From: Obrimoposthia wandeli
Lineage: Eukaryota
Length of the DNA: 64,000 nucleotides
Direction: 5' to 3'
Assembly: GCA_977020255.1 (NCBI GenBank)
Contig: CDROCS010001737.1
Coordinates: 186,001-250,000 of the forward strand
The notes beneath the pieces are model-generated. The model ran no database searches. It had not been told where the DNA came from and worked only from the letters and a program-made list of their open reading frames with translations. Each line of letters begins with the position of its first letter. Position 1 is the stretch's first letter. The position numbers were made by a program, and so were the translations under genes. Shown piece by piece: positions 1 to 14,579 of the stretch.

Positions 1-197
1 GCTTCGACTGTAAAATAAGAAGACAGAATAGTCGAAGTTTAGAGAGCGTATTTAGATAGCAAATTGCACTTATGTATTATAAATGTTACAATATATACCT
101 CTGATACCAAACATTTGGTGAGCATAATTATCCTGCTTATTATATAAACTGGAGTAATATCGGCATTGGTGTTAGTGTCTGATTCGTGATGATGCAG

Positions 198-521
198 GTG
201 ACAATGAAAATCGCAGCGGGCCATATGGATGCACAGCGGCTAATGTACATTGTGCGGGAGCACTGCAACTCACGAGTGCCCAACATGGTGCCAAGTGAAC
301 CGCTGCCTGCTCGTCACAAGCATCACCAGCTGGCTCAGATGCCCATCCGAAGACGCAGCTCTCGGGCCAATCTCGCTGCCACTTCCGGTGCTCCCCACAC
401 CCGACACACCACCTATTCCGGCTCAGACTCATCTCAGACATTCCTCTCTCGTGTGTCAGATGTGCTGCAACATGGGCATGAGCTCGTCGAATACGTCTGC
501 ACCATCTACTGCGTCGCCAAT
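198..521 (+). CDS. SPG11: Spatacsin exon (first in window; gene starts upstream of window)
   Basis: tgcag|GTG...AAT|gttagt, 108 codons, phase 0/0. HGHELVEYVCTIYCVAN resembles human SPG11 HGKNYCRQVLCLYDLAK (recalled). Confidence 0.8.
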
Positions 522-1439
522 GTTAGTTACTGAAAAATATTATCTCTTATATCTCTTCTTTTAATCAATACAATTTCTATCTTAAAACGAAACATTTTCG
601 CAACTTATGATTTTCATCATGTCTATCTCAGAGATGAAACTGTCCGAAAATATTTCGCATAAACAGTAAATTAAAAAATATATTAATTTTAAAATATTTA
701 TAATATACTACTTTGGTGTATACGTAGTATATATTTGTATAACTTAAGTTTACATTTTCTATATTTAGTTTAAATTATAAAATCGGCTGTAGAAAATTAA
801 AAAAAAATTAATTAAAATCTGAAATTGACAAACGCTTCTTTTAACTAATAAACAACTAAAAAATTAAAATTTGTGAAAAATGCAATTTTTTCCATTTATT
901 TAAAAAAATCATTTCTTTTTCATTATTTACCAGCCTGAAAAATGGATTCCAACTCTGATCTGACTATTATTTAACCGAGACATACACACTAGAACATACA
1001 CCAAACTCATTGGTAATTTTATTAATATTTGCTTTTTATTTAAAATTGTTTTCTTTAATATTCAGTGAAGCTTAGATGCGATTATTTCCTTTTAAATAGA
1101 CAATAAAATAATGATAAATTATAATTATTTTGATTTTAAAATTTTGAATACAAAAAGAATTTCTAAAGAGAGTTGATAATGATTAGAATAAATTTTTATA
1201 TCTTGTAAATTATCTTATTTCCCTTTTTATCTATTATAAACCACTAAACTTTATGAATCTTGAGATTCAATGAATTTTTTTATTAGATTCATGCAGATGT
1301 GTTGTTAATTTGTATTATATTAAGATACCTTCTTCATTTATTGTCCTTGACCTTATTTTCAAGTACAATAAAAACGTATTATTCGGTATGCATAATTATT
1401 TTATGTAATTCAATTCTTATTATTTTAATACAAATATTG

Positions 1440-2060
1440 ATTTTATTTTAGACAACTAAAATGGAGAGACATGTCAACGCTTAAGAGTCGATACGATAAA
1501 ATTCTGGATTCACATTAATATTTTTTCGAACGAATGACGCATTTCTTTGGATGGGTCAGATTATTTTAAAATCTGTTAGTTATAATTGATGTTTAGCCAA
1601 CAATCCGCCGAAAAGGTTATTTCGGGGGCGGTTCTGTGATGATATCTGGATATATTACGTACAAATAGTATTCTTAAAATAAATATTTAGAACGGTACAC
1701 TACATTCAACCATTTATTTATAGGATCTTAGATTTAAATTATTCTTGAAATTATTAGTAATTTTGGAGATTACTTTATATTGCAAAATATATAGCAACCG
1801 GGTTAAAAAAATATTATTTTAACAACTTCAATATAAACGTATTACCATGGCCCGTATAGTACAGATTTATCAATAATAGAAAATATCTTAAAGTTTATTA
1901 TGAACCTGATATTGCAAATAAATCCAAGGCAATCGACTGGATCTGAGAAAATAACGTTAAGATCAATGCAGAGCCTGAGAGGATAAAGTCGCTTTTTGAC
2001 AATGTAATCTACAGACATTTAAATGTTTTAAGGCAATAAGGAAGCAATATAAAGTAACAA
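1440..2060 (+). mobile_element. Decayed Tc1-type transposase remnant (intronic)
   Basis: FGGGSVMISG at 1621 and WP/YSTDLSIIENI near 1848 match the Tc1 motifs GGGSVMVWG and WPxxSPDLNPIEN. Broken frames, ends not defined. Confidence 0.6.
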
Positions 2061-2504
2061 TGTTTGTTTTGTTTCATTTCCAGGCGTAGTGTTATTAAAC
2101 AAAGGTTTTATTGTTGTACATTCACTATTTCGTGTGTTTTTATAATAATAATAATAGTATACGTTTAATGAAAGAAACCATAAATTTGAAAATAAAGTAA
2201 ATTGTAAATAAAAGTTTTATCGATTTGATATCTGTCTTTAATATTTTTTCTCAGAAACTGTTAGAATAAGTATGCAATTAGAACGAATTTCTTACACTCT
2301 TAGTAATCGGTATATTATATTACCATAGCTTCTGGATTGAGTAAATTTTAAATGAAACTTCGAAAAATAAGAACTAACTTGATGAAAGAAAACAGAAGGG
2401 ACATACTTGTCTATTGTTAGAGTTAGGTTAGTGTATTTAAACGTAGACTATTTTACTATTTATGTAATTTTGTACGCGAGTTTTTTTATTTGAATCTTTT
2501 TTAG

Positions 2505-2642
2505 AGAATGAACGAACCTTTCCTTTCTGTGGCTAATGGAGAGGAATTCGATGTACTAACAAAGATCCTCATCAGTACATGTCGAGAGAAAATTGACACC
2601 GCCGATATGTATCTTGGAGTTGTGGACATTGATGTTGTTCAG
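2505..2642 (+). CDS. SPG11: Spatacsin exon
   Basis: ttttag|AGA...CAG|gtgagt, 46 codons, RMNEPFLSVANGEEFDVLTKILISTCREK. Confidence 0.85.
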
Positions 2643-3009
2643 GTGAGTGTTTCTATGTTCGTGGCATTTTCAGATGTTCAGAGGTTAAGGGTATTGAAAG
2701 GAAAATTGGATATGTCATTTTTATTGAGTATTTGAATTTTCATTGCTCTCAGACCGAGAAATAATGTAACAATATAAGAATATTTTACTGCTAAATTGAC
2801 TGAAATTAGGCTAATAATTTTAGTGTATTATAACAACAATTTGTATATTTTTTGTAAATTTTTTTTTAAACATTTATAAATACTTTATTGTTCTTAAAAA
2901 ACAAAAATATTATAAAATAGTTTTTATTGTATAAAATGACTAGTGGCTCATTTAATTGGTACGAATGGGTTAAAAGTGTTTCAATCTGTAAAAGTCTTAT
3001 TTATTTTGA

Positions 3010-4300
3010 TTTGTTTATTTATGCAGTGATTTTCGGTAAGAATCAATGCAACACTTCAGAGACAAATTCTTGAATGTGTTTATTGCTATACACGGTGCAG
3101 TCTTATTACATCGAAAATCATAACATCAAAATTCTTTTAGTTTTCCGTTTTTCTAAATTTCAAAAATTTAATTTTACATTTTAGTATCATATTTATCAGA
3201 ATTATAAAATCCTTAATATAAAACCATATTTATATAGTTCTCTGTTATGCATTTGAGCTGAAACGTAAATTTCAGTTTTAAAAATATCAAATAAAATGAA
3301 ACAGATTGTAAAATAAATTTCTGAATATTTTCACTAAAAATGTAAATGAATTTCTCAGCTAATACCTCTGAGATTTTACATATAATTGTAGAAAATGGTA
3401 CAATTTAAGAACATAAGTCGCGTTATTTGAAATATTTCCTATATACATTGCTATTCAGTGTCAAATTCCTATTTCAGTATTTTTTATGTTTTTTAGATTT
3501 GTATCGTAACGTTAGTACATTTTATATGTACTTCATATAATTGTATCACTCCTATGTTCGTGCTACTTCCTGTAGAATTAGTTCTACAGGGAAAACGTCG
3601 GGAGAATAGGCTTCGCTTGATATTTTGAAATACTTTGGTGAAAACTTGGACAAAGTTATTTCTTTAAGTGCCTGTGATTTCGCTCTGCTAAATTGGATCC
3701 ATCCTTTTTGCTGCTAGTAATAACTTGACTTCGATACAAGCTGTAAATCTGAAAAATTTAACAGCTTATGCATGGATGTTTTAGTTGCCATTTTGTTACC
3801 ATACGATTTTGATACAAATATTTTTTTGACACCAATACAAACTCACTCCATATATGGCATTCATATGACTCATTATTTATCTTATCTTATCTTATCTTAT
3901 GTCATACCTCTGCTTCATCGCCACCATCTTTATTCTATTGTTTCCGTAGTTGTCAAATGTGAATATGTTAGTCGCGCAAAATCAGCATAAAATTATCAAA
4001 TCTACATTCACTATTACATATCTGACATTCTTCTGTATATTTATAAAATGCACTTTATTTATATATCGCCACGTCCATGTTTATTGAATTGATACGCCCT
4101 GTTGTCAATAATGCCTTTGTAAACTGGTATTTAGATCAATAGATGACGAATTCGATGCAATGTCTGCGTTCTTCACATTTGGTCAAATTTAAATATTCTG
4201 AAACGTCATTATTGTGGTTAATTGTATCACATTGCATTTTATCTTTGCATGAGCGATTAAAAAAGTGAGTGTAACGGAGATTGGGCCAATACATTTATAT
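3010..4300 (-). mobile_element. Probable decayed hAT (SPIN/GTF2IRD2-like) remnant
   Basis: Fragmentary HCI..., IRW and C-terminal FSM..(K)HI motifs in broken frames. Confidence 0.35.
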
Positions 4301-4703
4301 GATATGCATGCAGAACTATACCTAACAATTACCCTGTATTAAAACAGATTCATATGCTCAACTCCGCTTAGAGGTAGTATTCTTCGCATTTCTGTTATAT
4401 CTAGTATTGCCGAAATATTTATTTAGCGATCGTGAGATTTTTTTTGCATTTCAATTTTCTTGAAACATGAAATTAAGTTAAACTATATATTTATTTCTAA
4501 TTGTTGGATAGATAACTCAAAACTAAGTATATACATCGCGAGACCGATGAGTACAAAGTATAAGAGATACTCTTATTGTTTTTTATATTTATAATAATCA
4601 AAATATGTTACAATCCAACATATGGGGGATGGAGGATTGAGTAAAAATTTTGTTGTACACCAAAATATCTGCACATTAATCAATCAAAATTGTTGTTGTG
4701 CAG

Positions 4704-5020
4704 ATGTGTCAGTTCCTGGCTGACATCACGGTGGAGGTGCTGCGCACGGAGCTGCATAGTCACCATTTGAGTCTGGCGGTCGCCCCTGTCGGGAGAGGAG
4801 TTGGTGGCACCACAGGCAGCAGCAGCTCCATTGCCAGTGGTGGTGGTGGCATCATGTACGAGACAGCATCGGGAAGATCCCGACCCAGTCCACATCAACT
4901 GCATCCGAGTCGCCAACACTCGCCATTTGTGCGAGGACTAGTTTCTCCGCTGTCACTGGCACCCTCCTCTGGTGCTGTGGCTTCCGGTAGTCGTGGACCT
5001 ATTGCAGTCAACTTCTCCAG
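4704..5020 (+). CDS. SPG11: Spatacsin exon with G/S/H-rich insert
   Basis: gtgcag|ATG...AG|gtgagc, phase 0/2, GC-rich island, MCQFLADITVEVLR. Confidence 0.85.
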
Positions 5021-7340
5021 GTGAGCAACTAATAATCGGCCAGCTCACTCAGTTTATTAAAATTACTATAAACCTTTCATTGATTATAGATCCTTTTTTT
5101 CGTCGATTTATTATTTCAAACGTTTGACCATGTATACCGACCACATGTGTATTAGATCCTTTGATGTTTAAAAGAGTTGACTGAGCTATCTAAGCTTTTC
5201 ATATTTAAATTTATGATTTTGTGTTTTTTTTAAATATTATCGGTAGCACTGTGTCATTTGCTTTTAGGAATATGTTACTTACTTTGTCGAATGTGTCGGT
5301 TCTCTATTTGTCAAGAGTTGGCTTCGCATCTGGACCTGGAAAGATATCATCAGCACTTTGTGCTGGATCAACTAACCTTAGTAACAAAATGTTTCATGGA
5401 AAAGAAACACTATTTGTCGTGTTTTTTGTAGTCAATTTTCCCAATTCGGCACAAAGTTCCGAATGGAATCTGTACTCTATAGCTTCTGTAATTACTGTAA
5501 GTTTAGATCATTCAAGGCTTCTCGGTTCTCCTTGTCTGGGATAATTTAGTTCTAACCAGTATTTCAGTAGGATTTCAGACAAAATAGAAACAACCATCAC
5601 TGTGGAAATCCTAAATTAGTGAGAGAAAAAATTACTAAATTTTAGTTAAAATATTTTGCTGTCAATAACTTCAGTATTTATTAACTTAAGCTTGTATAAA
5701 TTTAAAACATTTATGATAAAATTATTTTCTGACATTTTTCCATTAGATTTATTTTGATAATATTTTTCTCGAACAATCTAAATTAAATTACTAACCTCTA
5801 TTATTTATAATTATATTGATTTTCAGATTAATATCTTGTGGCTACCTTCACTGTTAACAAAGGAATGCATTATTCTAATGAGAACATTTCCTTTTTATTT
5901 CAGGATTCAATTTCGTTGTGGAATGTGTAAATCGTAAACAATCTCGTTCCATTAATAATAATAAGTTATAGGTAGAATAAACTTAAACTAATATGTCATC
6001 ATCTCCTTCTTCATCGCGTTCATTTCCGTATAGTATTTTGAAATAAATAAATATAAATACATAGTTTTTAATAAATCTATATCACACAATCATGCAGTTT
6101 GTAATGTTTTTTTATAAAACAAAATTCCTTTCACGTAATTCGTATAAATAAATAAATTCACCTTGATCTGCTAATTAAGAAAGCAGCCACACTATTTTTA
6201 AGTATTCACCTCTTGTTGTTTCAATAACATCCCATCCCTCAAACGATGATTTCTAATAAAATATTATTATCCAAATTATAGATGATGCTTCCTCTAAGCT
6301 AACAAATGGCAAACTGAGATTATTTAATCTGTGCCTCAATTCTCATATAATCCATAATATTTGAATATTAGGCGGGGTATAAAAATCAAAACGTGAAATT
6401 GTTATTTGAAATAGAAAAGAGTTTGTAAAAAAATCTTTTATAATAATTTTATTAGTGATAAAGGAATTAGAAACTTTTTATTTTGAAAGAACTCATTTTT
6501 ATATTGTTACGAGAGAAGAGGGATTTCAGTAGTTAGGGAAACGCGTTTTTCTCTTAGAAAGTTCTATTCTTTTTTAAAATTGTACTGATGAATATGTATA
6601 CTGGGGCAAATGATTAAACTTTTATTTGTTTCCAATTACTTTACTTTCAGTGCCTTTTCAAGTATTTATTCAGCTGTCCTACATTTTGGAGATTCACCAT
6701 TTTAGCTTAACAATGAGGATTTATCAAGAAAAAGACTTAGTTACTTATAAATGCAGAAAACCTCAAACGGAAGACAAAACAGAAACTATTGATGGAAATC
6801 AAATAAGTCCATCATATCTTCTTAATTCTTTACTTCGCCACAGAACGCGAAACTCATCATTACCATACTAATCAACAGCAAACCCTCTTGTAACCATCTA
6901 CTGTAACACCGCTATTTATAGCGTACTTATATGTCGAACACAAAAAATGACCAATTGGTCACGCAGCATTACACATTCGCAGTATGTGATTGCAAACAAA
7001 CCAGTGTAACGTGCAGAAGATAAAACGGTCTCTAATTTGAATAATTATGAGTCACTTTAAAGTACAATTCATAATTAGGGAATTTAAACATATCAACATA
7101 TATTTTAAATGTTATTCAAACTTTTTGAATAATATTAAGTTTTAAACTGTACAACTTAATGTAACCACTTCCATTTACACAGTAAATTTCAAACAACATT
7201 TTAGAAACTTCAAAAACTCTAAGCATATTGCATTACTCTACAAATCTCGTCACAAGAACAACTAATTAAATTATTGATTTGGGGAATTATTACATTAAGT
7301 CATTTACCTCTCAATCTAACTATTATGTGTTTGTATGCAG

Positions 7341-7705
7341 TAGTGCTCGTCGATCCATTGGAATGTCGCCGATTCACCAGGGCACCGCTGGGTTGGTGTG
7401 GCTCGATAATGTTGCCCGAATCGTGCAACGCTGTCAGCTGCGACCAGAGTGGCGCACCATGCCCTTACTGCAGCAATCAACCACGTCCAGCGCTGCCTCC
7501 ACGATGCCCAGGCCACACCTCGTCTCCCCAGCACTTCTCACTCCACCCGGCTCTTCCGCTGTTTCTACATCAGAGACGCGTCTCATGAAGGCCTTCTTCT
7601 TACATGACCTGCTCTCCCTCTGCCCCTCCCAACTCACGCTGGCGCGCATCCTTTACGAGCAGTACTTTCGCCGCTACAGCCAGGAGCCACTCACATGTGC
7701 CGAGG
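7341..7705 (+). CDS. SPG11: Spatacsin exon
   Basis: atgcag|T...G|gtatgt, phase 2/1, FLHDLLSLCPSQLTLARILYEQYF. A NAGNAG alternative acceptor lies 3 nt downstream. Confidence 0.8.
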
Positions 7706-8837
7706 GTATGTACGAGCATGTGGATAATAGTGCATTGTCATAGTGCCAATAGTAAGTATCAATAGCACTCAGAGAACGAGGATCATCAAACATGACAAGG
7801 TTAGGGTAAATTACATTAAAGTGGAGTGAAACCGGGCCACGAGAACAACGTGTCTGTTAGTTTGCAGAGATTCCGCGTGAGACACTTGTTACAGTTATTG
7901 GAATAGGGCTTCAGAAAGAAAAAGTATGTAAAATGTAGCTAGAGAGTGAATACACTGCATACGTTTTTCTCAGAGGTATAGCAAACTGAATTAAAAGGTT
8001 AGAACACGATTTGTGGCCTCTGGCTGACCTTTGTCTTAAATTGGTAAAAGCAATCTCCTGAAAATGGTTCACACCGGGCGAAGTTCAATTCTGACCTGAA
8101 CCTAAGTGCTTACCCTTATAACTCTTGAAATCTTATGGTGCTGAAATGTTTACTGTTACTATAGTAGACCATTTATTTAGAACAACGTTATATTGTTATG
8201 CATTTTTATTGAAATGTTAAATTATTTTATCTTTTTATGAAGCTAAGTCACATTCAAATTAATATTAACATATTATATTTTAAAATTTATTTTATTACAA
8301 AAAATAGTTCTGTGTATAAATTAATTCACGTAATTTAATTTATACTTAAAATGAACATTTTCATAAATATTTTCATAAAAAATAAAGAATGTTGGTTTAT
8401 TTTAGTTATATTTGTAATTTAAATTTGTTTTGTTTTAATTAAATAATGTTTTTTATGTTTTAATTACAATAAATTTCTTATATCTTCAAACTACTTATAA
8501 ACACTAGTTAATTTTATCATTTGCATTTCATAACAAGTTATAAACATAAAGTCAGTCAAATGTTATAATTTATGGAATAATTCACATATGAACGGAAGAA
8601 GTTTCAAAACTTTTTATTAATCATCAATAGTTGTGTAAATTACTTGGCGCCCAACAACGGATAAATTTTATTGTTTTAATTAATGTTTCCATATGCAGTT
8701 TTATGAGCAAGCAGTCCATATTATCGCAGACCATGCAAAATTTCCGCCTGTTTGAGTCCACTAATTTATAGCACTTTTGTGACAGTTAGATTCAAGTAGC
8801 TTTTTATTGCGTTTTTAACACTACCTGTAAATAACAG

Positions 8838-9007
8838 ACGCCGCCGGTTTGATACTTTGTGCAGACGCAGAGTTCATCGTACATCTGCTCATTCTATGTC
8901 ACACCAGTTTCACGGAAAGCGGCGACACTGTCGGCATCTCCCACTGTCTCAAATCTGCAAAAGAGCTTTCCAAATTGCTGACCAGCAATTCCTATTTCGT
9001 TCTCATG
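8838..9007 (+). CDS. SPG11: Spatacsin exon
   Basis: aacag|AC...ATG|gtacgt, phase 1/0. EFIVHLLILCHTSFTESGDTVGISHCL matches the SPG11 ELLILAHHCF...EGI motif. Confidence 0.9.
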
Positions 9008-9873
9008 GTACGTATGTCACAAAATATTGATAAAAATACATTTTTTGCCGGCATATAATTATACTGCTTAACAAATAATAACATGTATTTATCTCCTTAA
9101 TATATTTTTCATTCTTTTGCTTTAAAAAAGTGCATCATTCTGAGCAAGTTGAAAAGGTTTTTTTTAATAAAATTTTATTTTGCTGTTTAGATGCGTCTTA
9201 AAGTAAGCTGAATATTATTGCAGTAATATTTGAAAATGTCTAAAAAATTAAAATTTAATTTGTATGTATTTTAATAATAAATTTAAATGTTATGCATTTG
9301 TTGATTATCAGCATATATGTCAGTGAAAAATTAATAAATTAAGGCAACTAAATGGAAAAATTTCTAATTAATAATAATAATTTATTCAACATTTCTAAAT
9401 AAATTTATTTTAGAACACTAGTGGCCAACCTTTTCCGTATATAGTTGGAGATATTATGCTTTTCTTTAAAATATGTACCCATTAATTTCTAAATACAAAT
9501 ATTAATTACTCATGAATTTGGAGAACCGTTTTAGTGACTTGTTTGGCACTGGTGATTTAGTGAGAACCCATCAAGGTTTGATGATTTAATTATTGTTCTC
9601 CGGGTTCTTGTCCGTATTTCTCGTTCGTTGACTAGATTTCACAGTTTTCATTCGAGATAAAAGTTTCCTAAGTATGTAGGTATTGCCGACAAGTGAACAC
9701 TACTTAGGAACCGTTCTCGGGTGGATGCGTTTTGAAGAAATCGAGAATATCTAATTCACTGAACATTTGCTTTAACGAGTCATAGAGACTAGTACATATG
9801 ACGTCATTGATTAATGATTATTCTATCAATGTAAATTATATAGCTTAACTGATGTATATTTAATGTATAAATC

Positions 9874-10743
9874 ATGTCTTCAAATAATCCGCAAAGTTTT
9901 AACAATTTCGACGACTTATTAAAATTGAAATCACCCTTTGAATTTTCTCAGAATTCTGGAATAATTTGTGTTAACTTTTAAAAATAAATTCTAGATGTAA
10001 CACTTAAAATCACAAGAAACATTTTCTTAACAACCTGATTCAAGTTTCATTCATTTATAAAAGGCATTTCATATTTCAATAGCGCAATGTACCTCAAAGT
10101 CCCAGCCTTCTCGACCGTTTTAAAGATTTCGTTTTTGCATCTGTTTCATGAATATAATATTGGTAGGTCATTCCGTCTAAACAAAAATACATAATTGGAT
10201 TTGTCTTTTATGCAACTAGTGCATAATTTGAAACCTTCTTGCACGGTTGAAATAAAAATGTTTAGGCAGAGCCTGTTAACAAATCCATCACTTCTATTCG
10301 AGTGCGATCTCCCCGAGGCAGTAATCACAAAGTCATTCGCAACATGAGAGACAATGTGTGCATCTGTTTGCCACAAATATCAAGCAAGATTTCCGGATTA
10401 TTTGCTGAAGATTACCCTGCAAATTCGGAAGGCGTAAAGACAACAATTCACAAAATATCTGAAAATGATGCTCTAACAGCAATGTGCCAATCTTACAGTT
10501 GCTTGAAAAGGACTTGACGACCTAATATATGGAAATCTTTCAAAAAAACTCTTCTCCTGAACAACTATATCAAATATTCTATTGATATTTCTATGAACCA
10601 AACTTAATTCCACACTGATAGTGCAAGAATGTTGGCCAAGTAGTGCTGGAATAAATCTTGGATGGTGCATAGTGTATAGAATTGCGATTTCAGAACAGGT
10701 AATAATTCAAGCATCATGTGATAACTGTTCCATAAAAATATAA
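9874..10743 (+). pseudogene. Intronless 290-codon protein-like frame with 10 internal stops, family unknown
   Basis: ATG at 9874 to TAA at 10743 in one frame (MSSNNPQSFNNFDDLLKLKSPFEF...FRQSLLTNPSLLFECDLPEAVI), with 5 TAA and 5 TGA inside. Confidence 0.4.
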
Positions 10744-13064
10744 TAACATTATGGTTTCATTAATAGCCACTTGACAGCTAAAAGACGTAATACAATATCA
10801 AACTGTTTTCCTAGCCTATTTTAGTCACCTTTTATGTCAGTCACGAAAACCTAGTTTTTTTAACAAAAGTCAAATTTTATAATGCTAATAATCATCATAT
10901 GCTAGAAAATAACAGCCATTGCAGTATCCGAATTTGTAGGGGAAAAATGTTTTTAATGTATTAAAGTTATTTATGGGAATTATTTTTGATTAAGGATTTT
11001 AGAGTTATTTTTAATATTTTCTCTTAATAAAAGAATAAAAAAATACGATATTTTACTTGGACATTTTCAAATATATATTGCAGTAGTGTGGTAAGTTCTT
11101 TCTTTATCAACGAATTATGCTTAAATCTGATTCAATTTTGCCAAACAAACAGTTCGTATATCTCAAACTATGCAAACCAAAAGTAAATATTACAATTGAT
11201 GAATTGTTTGGATTTTGTTCCAAAACTCTTTGTTTTCTCTCACTATTTTTATTATGCGCCACAGTGATAAACAGGTAGAGTTTTATTACATTTGAAAATC
11301 ATTGGATCGAAATTCTGTTCTATAACTTCAACACTTTGATTCCGAATTTTCTTGAGACAGAAAGTTCATTTTCACTTTTCCATAATCTCGTAAAATTTAA
11401 ATAATTTTTGTGGTAAAAAATAGAAAAGTTAAAAACTGTTTTTGAAATAAGCAAACCAAACTATATTTTCTATTTTTCGAGTTTCATTAACTCTTTCATT
11501 TTCTTAACAGAAAAATTATTACCATTTTGGAAATTTAATATTTTATAATTTTATAAATTATAGCATATCAAAATATACACAACACACAATAAACATCATT
11601 GGTGATGACATGTACATTGAAACGGGAAAGCTTCTACCCCAATTTATTGCATTATATTATAATCAATTACATTGCTATGTATGATATTTGCATTAACACC
11701 CGATAAGTTGCTTTTGGTCAAAGAAATCCTTATGGCCCTACATATCTTATCTCACTTTTAAAACAACGGCTTTTGTCGACACTTATATCATTTTTGCCGT
11801 ACCCATCAACTGCAAACGAAATGGAGAATATAAACGTAAAAGAAATACACGACTTAGAACTGCTGGCGAAGAAAATGTCGGATATAATAAGGATACAATT
11901 ACAAACATTATAACTCATGCAACAACATGACTGAGAAGAAAAGTTGATGAAAGATGTCAGCATGGTAATTTAACATTTGCCATTGGAGAAAACCAACTTA
12001 GAGACAGGATGTCATCGATGGCAACAGACAACAATACGCCTACTTCAATTACGATGACTAATATTTACCGTATTTACCCACAAATAAGATAACATCTTTT
12101 TATCAAATCCAAAATTCCGGGTGCGTATTATACGCGGGTATTTCATAAACATATTCAGAAAATATATTTTGCTGAATACATAATATGTTAAGTTTGGTTC
12201 ACGATCTGCATAGTTTTCTGGAGTTAAATTGATTTTTCTTTGTTAAAGTGTTACTTATGTTTCTTTGTTATAATTATTGTACAATATATATTAATGACTG
12301 TTATCTTACTGTTGTTCATAATGGTTTTTTGAAAAAGTCCCTAAATCTAAAGTCTTATCTGTCTCAAAAATTATTCCTTGAAATATTTTCTAAAGTATGA
12401 GGTACGTACTATGCACAAAGGAGTTATATTTGTGGGTCTTCAGAGAAGTAGAAAATATCACAGCGGGGTAAATATATCACAAGGGACAGAATTAATCGGT
12501 CTTCACATTTTCGACTAATAGGCAATATATTGACCCAATGTACAAATGTTTCAGTCATTTACACAGCATATACAGTGAATGGTGTCCAGGAAACGAATTC
12601 TCTCCCATATCACGTCAATTTTCGTAGGGTGCCTGAAAAATAAATTATTTTTAAATAGTAACAAATTTAATTTGTTCTTCTTTTTTAGATATATTGCAAA
12701 GGTTTTCAGAAATTGTATATGATTGAGCTTTTTGATAAAACAATTCCATTATGCATATTTTTTAGAAATTTGACTGACACAATATGTTTCGTTATCTTGA
12801 ATAAAGGCATAAATCTGGTTAAACATAAAATAATAATAGTTTGGTTGCAGAAACTTTGTATTACTGCCTGTTTTCATTCTTGATCTTTATGCTTGAAATA
12901 ATCCATAACAGATTGTTGAGTCGGCCAAATTTTTGTTGTTGGAATTTCAAGTGATATTGTATATTACATATTTATCTTTAGTATTAAATCGACAGTGGCA
13001 CTGCGTGGAACTCTAGTCGTAACGACAACAGTGGTGTAAGTATTAATGTACATTGTTTGCGCAG

Positions 13065-13172
13065 GCCCAAATGCTCTGTCGCATTGGCCGATACGGAGAA
13101 ATGCCCTACGTGATTACAACTCTCATCGAGAAGGACCAATTCGAGCTTCTGCTTAGAAAGGATATGGACAAG
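13065..13172 (+). CDS. SPG11: Spatacsin exon
   Basis: gcgcag|GCC...AAG|gttaat. CRIGRYGEMPYVITTLIEKDQFELLLRKDMDK matches SPG11 GIGRYNEMTYIFDLL...FEVLMRK. Confidence 0.92.
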
Positions 13173-13789
13173 GTTAATCTTGACTTACGTTTATCGTCTA
13201 TAACACGGATGTTCAACCCGTCCATCGCGAAACAGATTTTGGTCGATCGCGAGACATTTGTTCCTCTTAAGTTATATTAATAATTTTTTTTAAAAACATG
13301 TACTTTTTTTAATTATAAAATAAAATTATTCTTTTTAAAATTGTTTTTAAATTTAAATTGTCTGAATATTTTAAAAAAAATCTAGTTTGTAAATTTTGAT
13401 AAAATTAAATAGACTATAATATACATCGGGTACGGTAGGGGAAATATTTTTAAGGTAAAATAATTATCCCATTCAATTTTATTTAAGTATAAAGGGGAAA
13501 GAAACTAAACAAATTAATAATAAAAAATGATCGATCGTTGTTGGTACAGTCAGAACTGTACATACTGAACATTAGGTTGTGGAACATCGAGTATGTACAT
13601 TTTGAAAATATAGGTAATACAGTATTATGTAATCAAAATTTAAGGAAAAATATTCAAAAAAATAATAACAGTAATATATTAAATTGATAGATTAATTATT
13701 TTGTCTTTGTTAAAAAACCAACATAGTTAAATCTATTGATTGTTTTTCTTTTATCTTTGACGTTATAAACTAAATTTATATTTTCTGAG

Positions 13790-14579
13790 CTATTTGTCAA
13801 AAAAAACTTTTCCCATTATAAATGTATAAATACGCTTCATATGGAATATTCTGATTTTCTTCTTCAATATCTTTACTATAATCTTCTCTATTTTCATGTA
13901 ATTCAAAAGTTCGTGTAAACATTCAAAATCTATTTCAAAGCGATAATATTGAGAAAGATCATTTGGTTCTTGTTTGAATTCTTGCACGAATTATTTTAAG
14001 TTTCTTAAGTCAACTTTAGATATTTTAATTTCTCTTTCAAAACAGTTTTTAACTGTTTTATTTGCTACTTTATACTAAATACTTCAGAACTGAATCTAAT
14101 TGTTTTATCGACTTGATTAAAACTGTATTTTTCTCAGATTCACCAAATATTTTTTTATTAATAATATATTTGAACTGCTGTTTCAAAGATCAAATTATGC
14201 CCTGATCTGGACTTTAGAAACGATATTTTATGAGAAAAATTCAACTTCTACTGGGTTTTTCTCAGTGTTATCTAAAATTAAAAGGTTTTTTTGGTGCTCG
14301 CTTGATGAAGCTCTTGGTTTTTTTCATTAAAGTATTAATAGTACTAAGAGCCATATTATGCTTATGTAACTGTTTCTGGGTACAATTTGGATTATTTTTT
14401 CGACAATTACGAAATTTCGGCTTCTGTTCCATAATAAAAGCCTTTATTTTTTGCACTTTTCTTTCATTTATATTCTTTTTTGACTTAAAATAATCAAGCA
14501 GCAATTGAGTGATTTGAGAATTGAGGTGATATTGGTACCTGTTTTCACCTGGAATTTCTTTCAAATGATTCTTAAACAT
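13790..14579 (-). pseudogene. Unassigned decayed basic-protein ORF (possibly viral or transposon derived)
   Basis: Two ORF pieces (14268-14579 and 13790-13987) on the same strand, separated by frame-disrupted coding-like sequence. Confidence 0.3.

Noticed and set aside
5050-6900. Coding-like remnants (about 5200-5600 minus, 6600-6870 plus)
   Set aside because: No family motif recognised and frames are broken. Probably old transposon debris.
8060-8100. B-box-like AGTTCAATTC suggesting a tRNA or SINE
   Set aside because: No A box or cloverleaf could be built around it.
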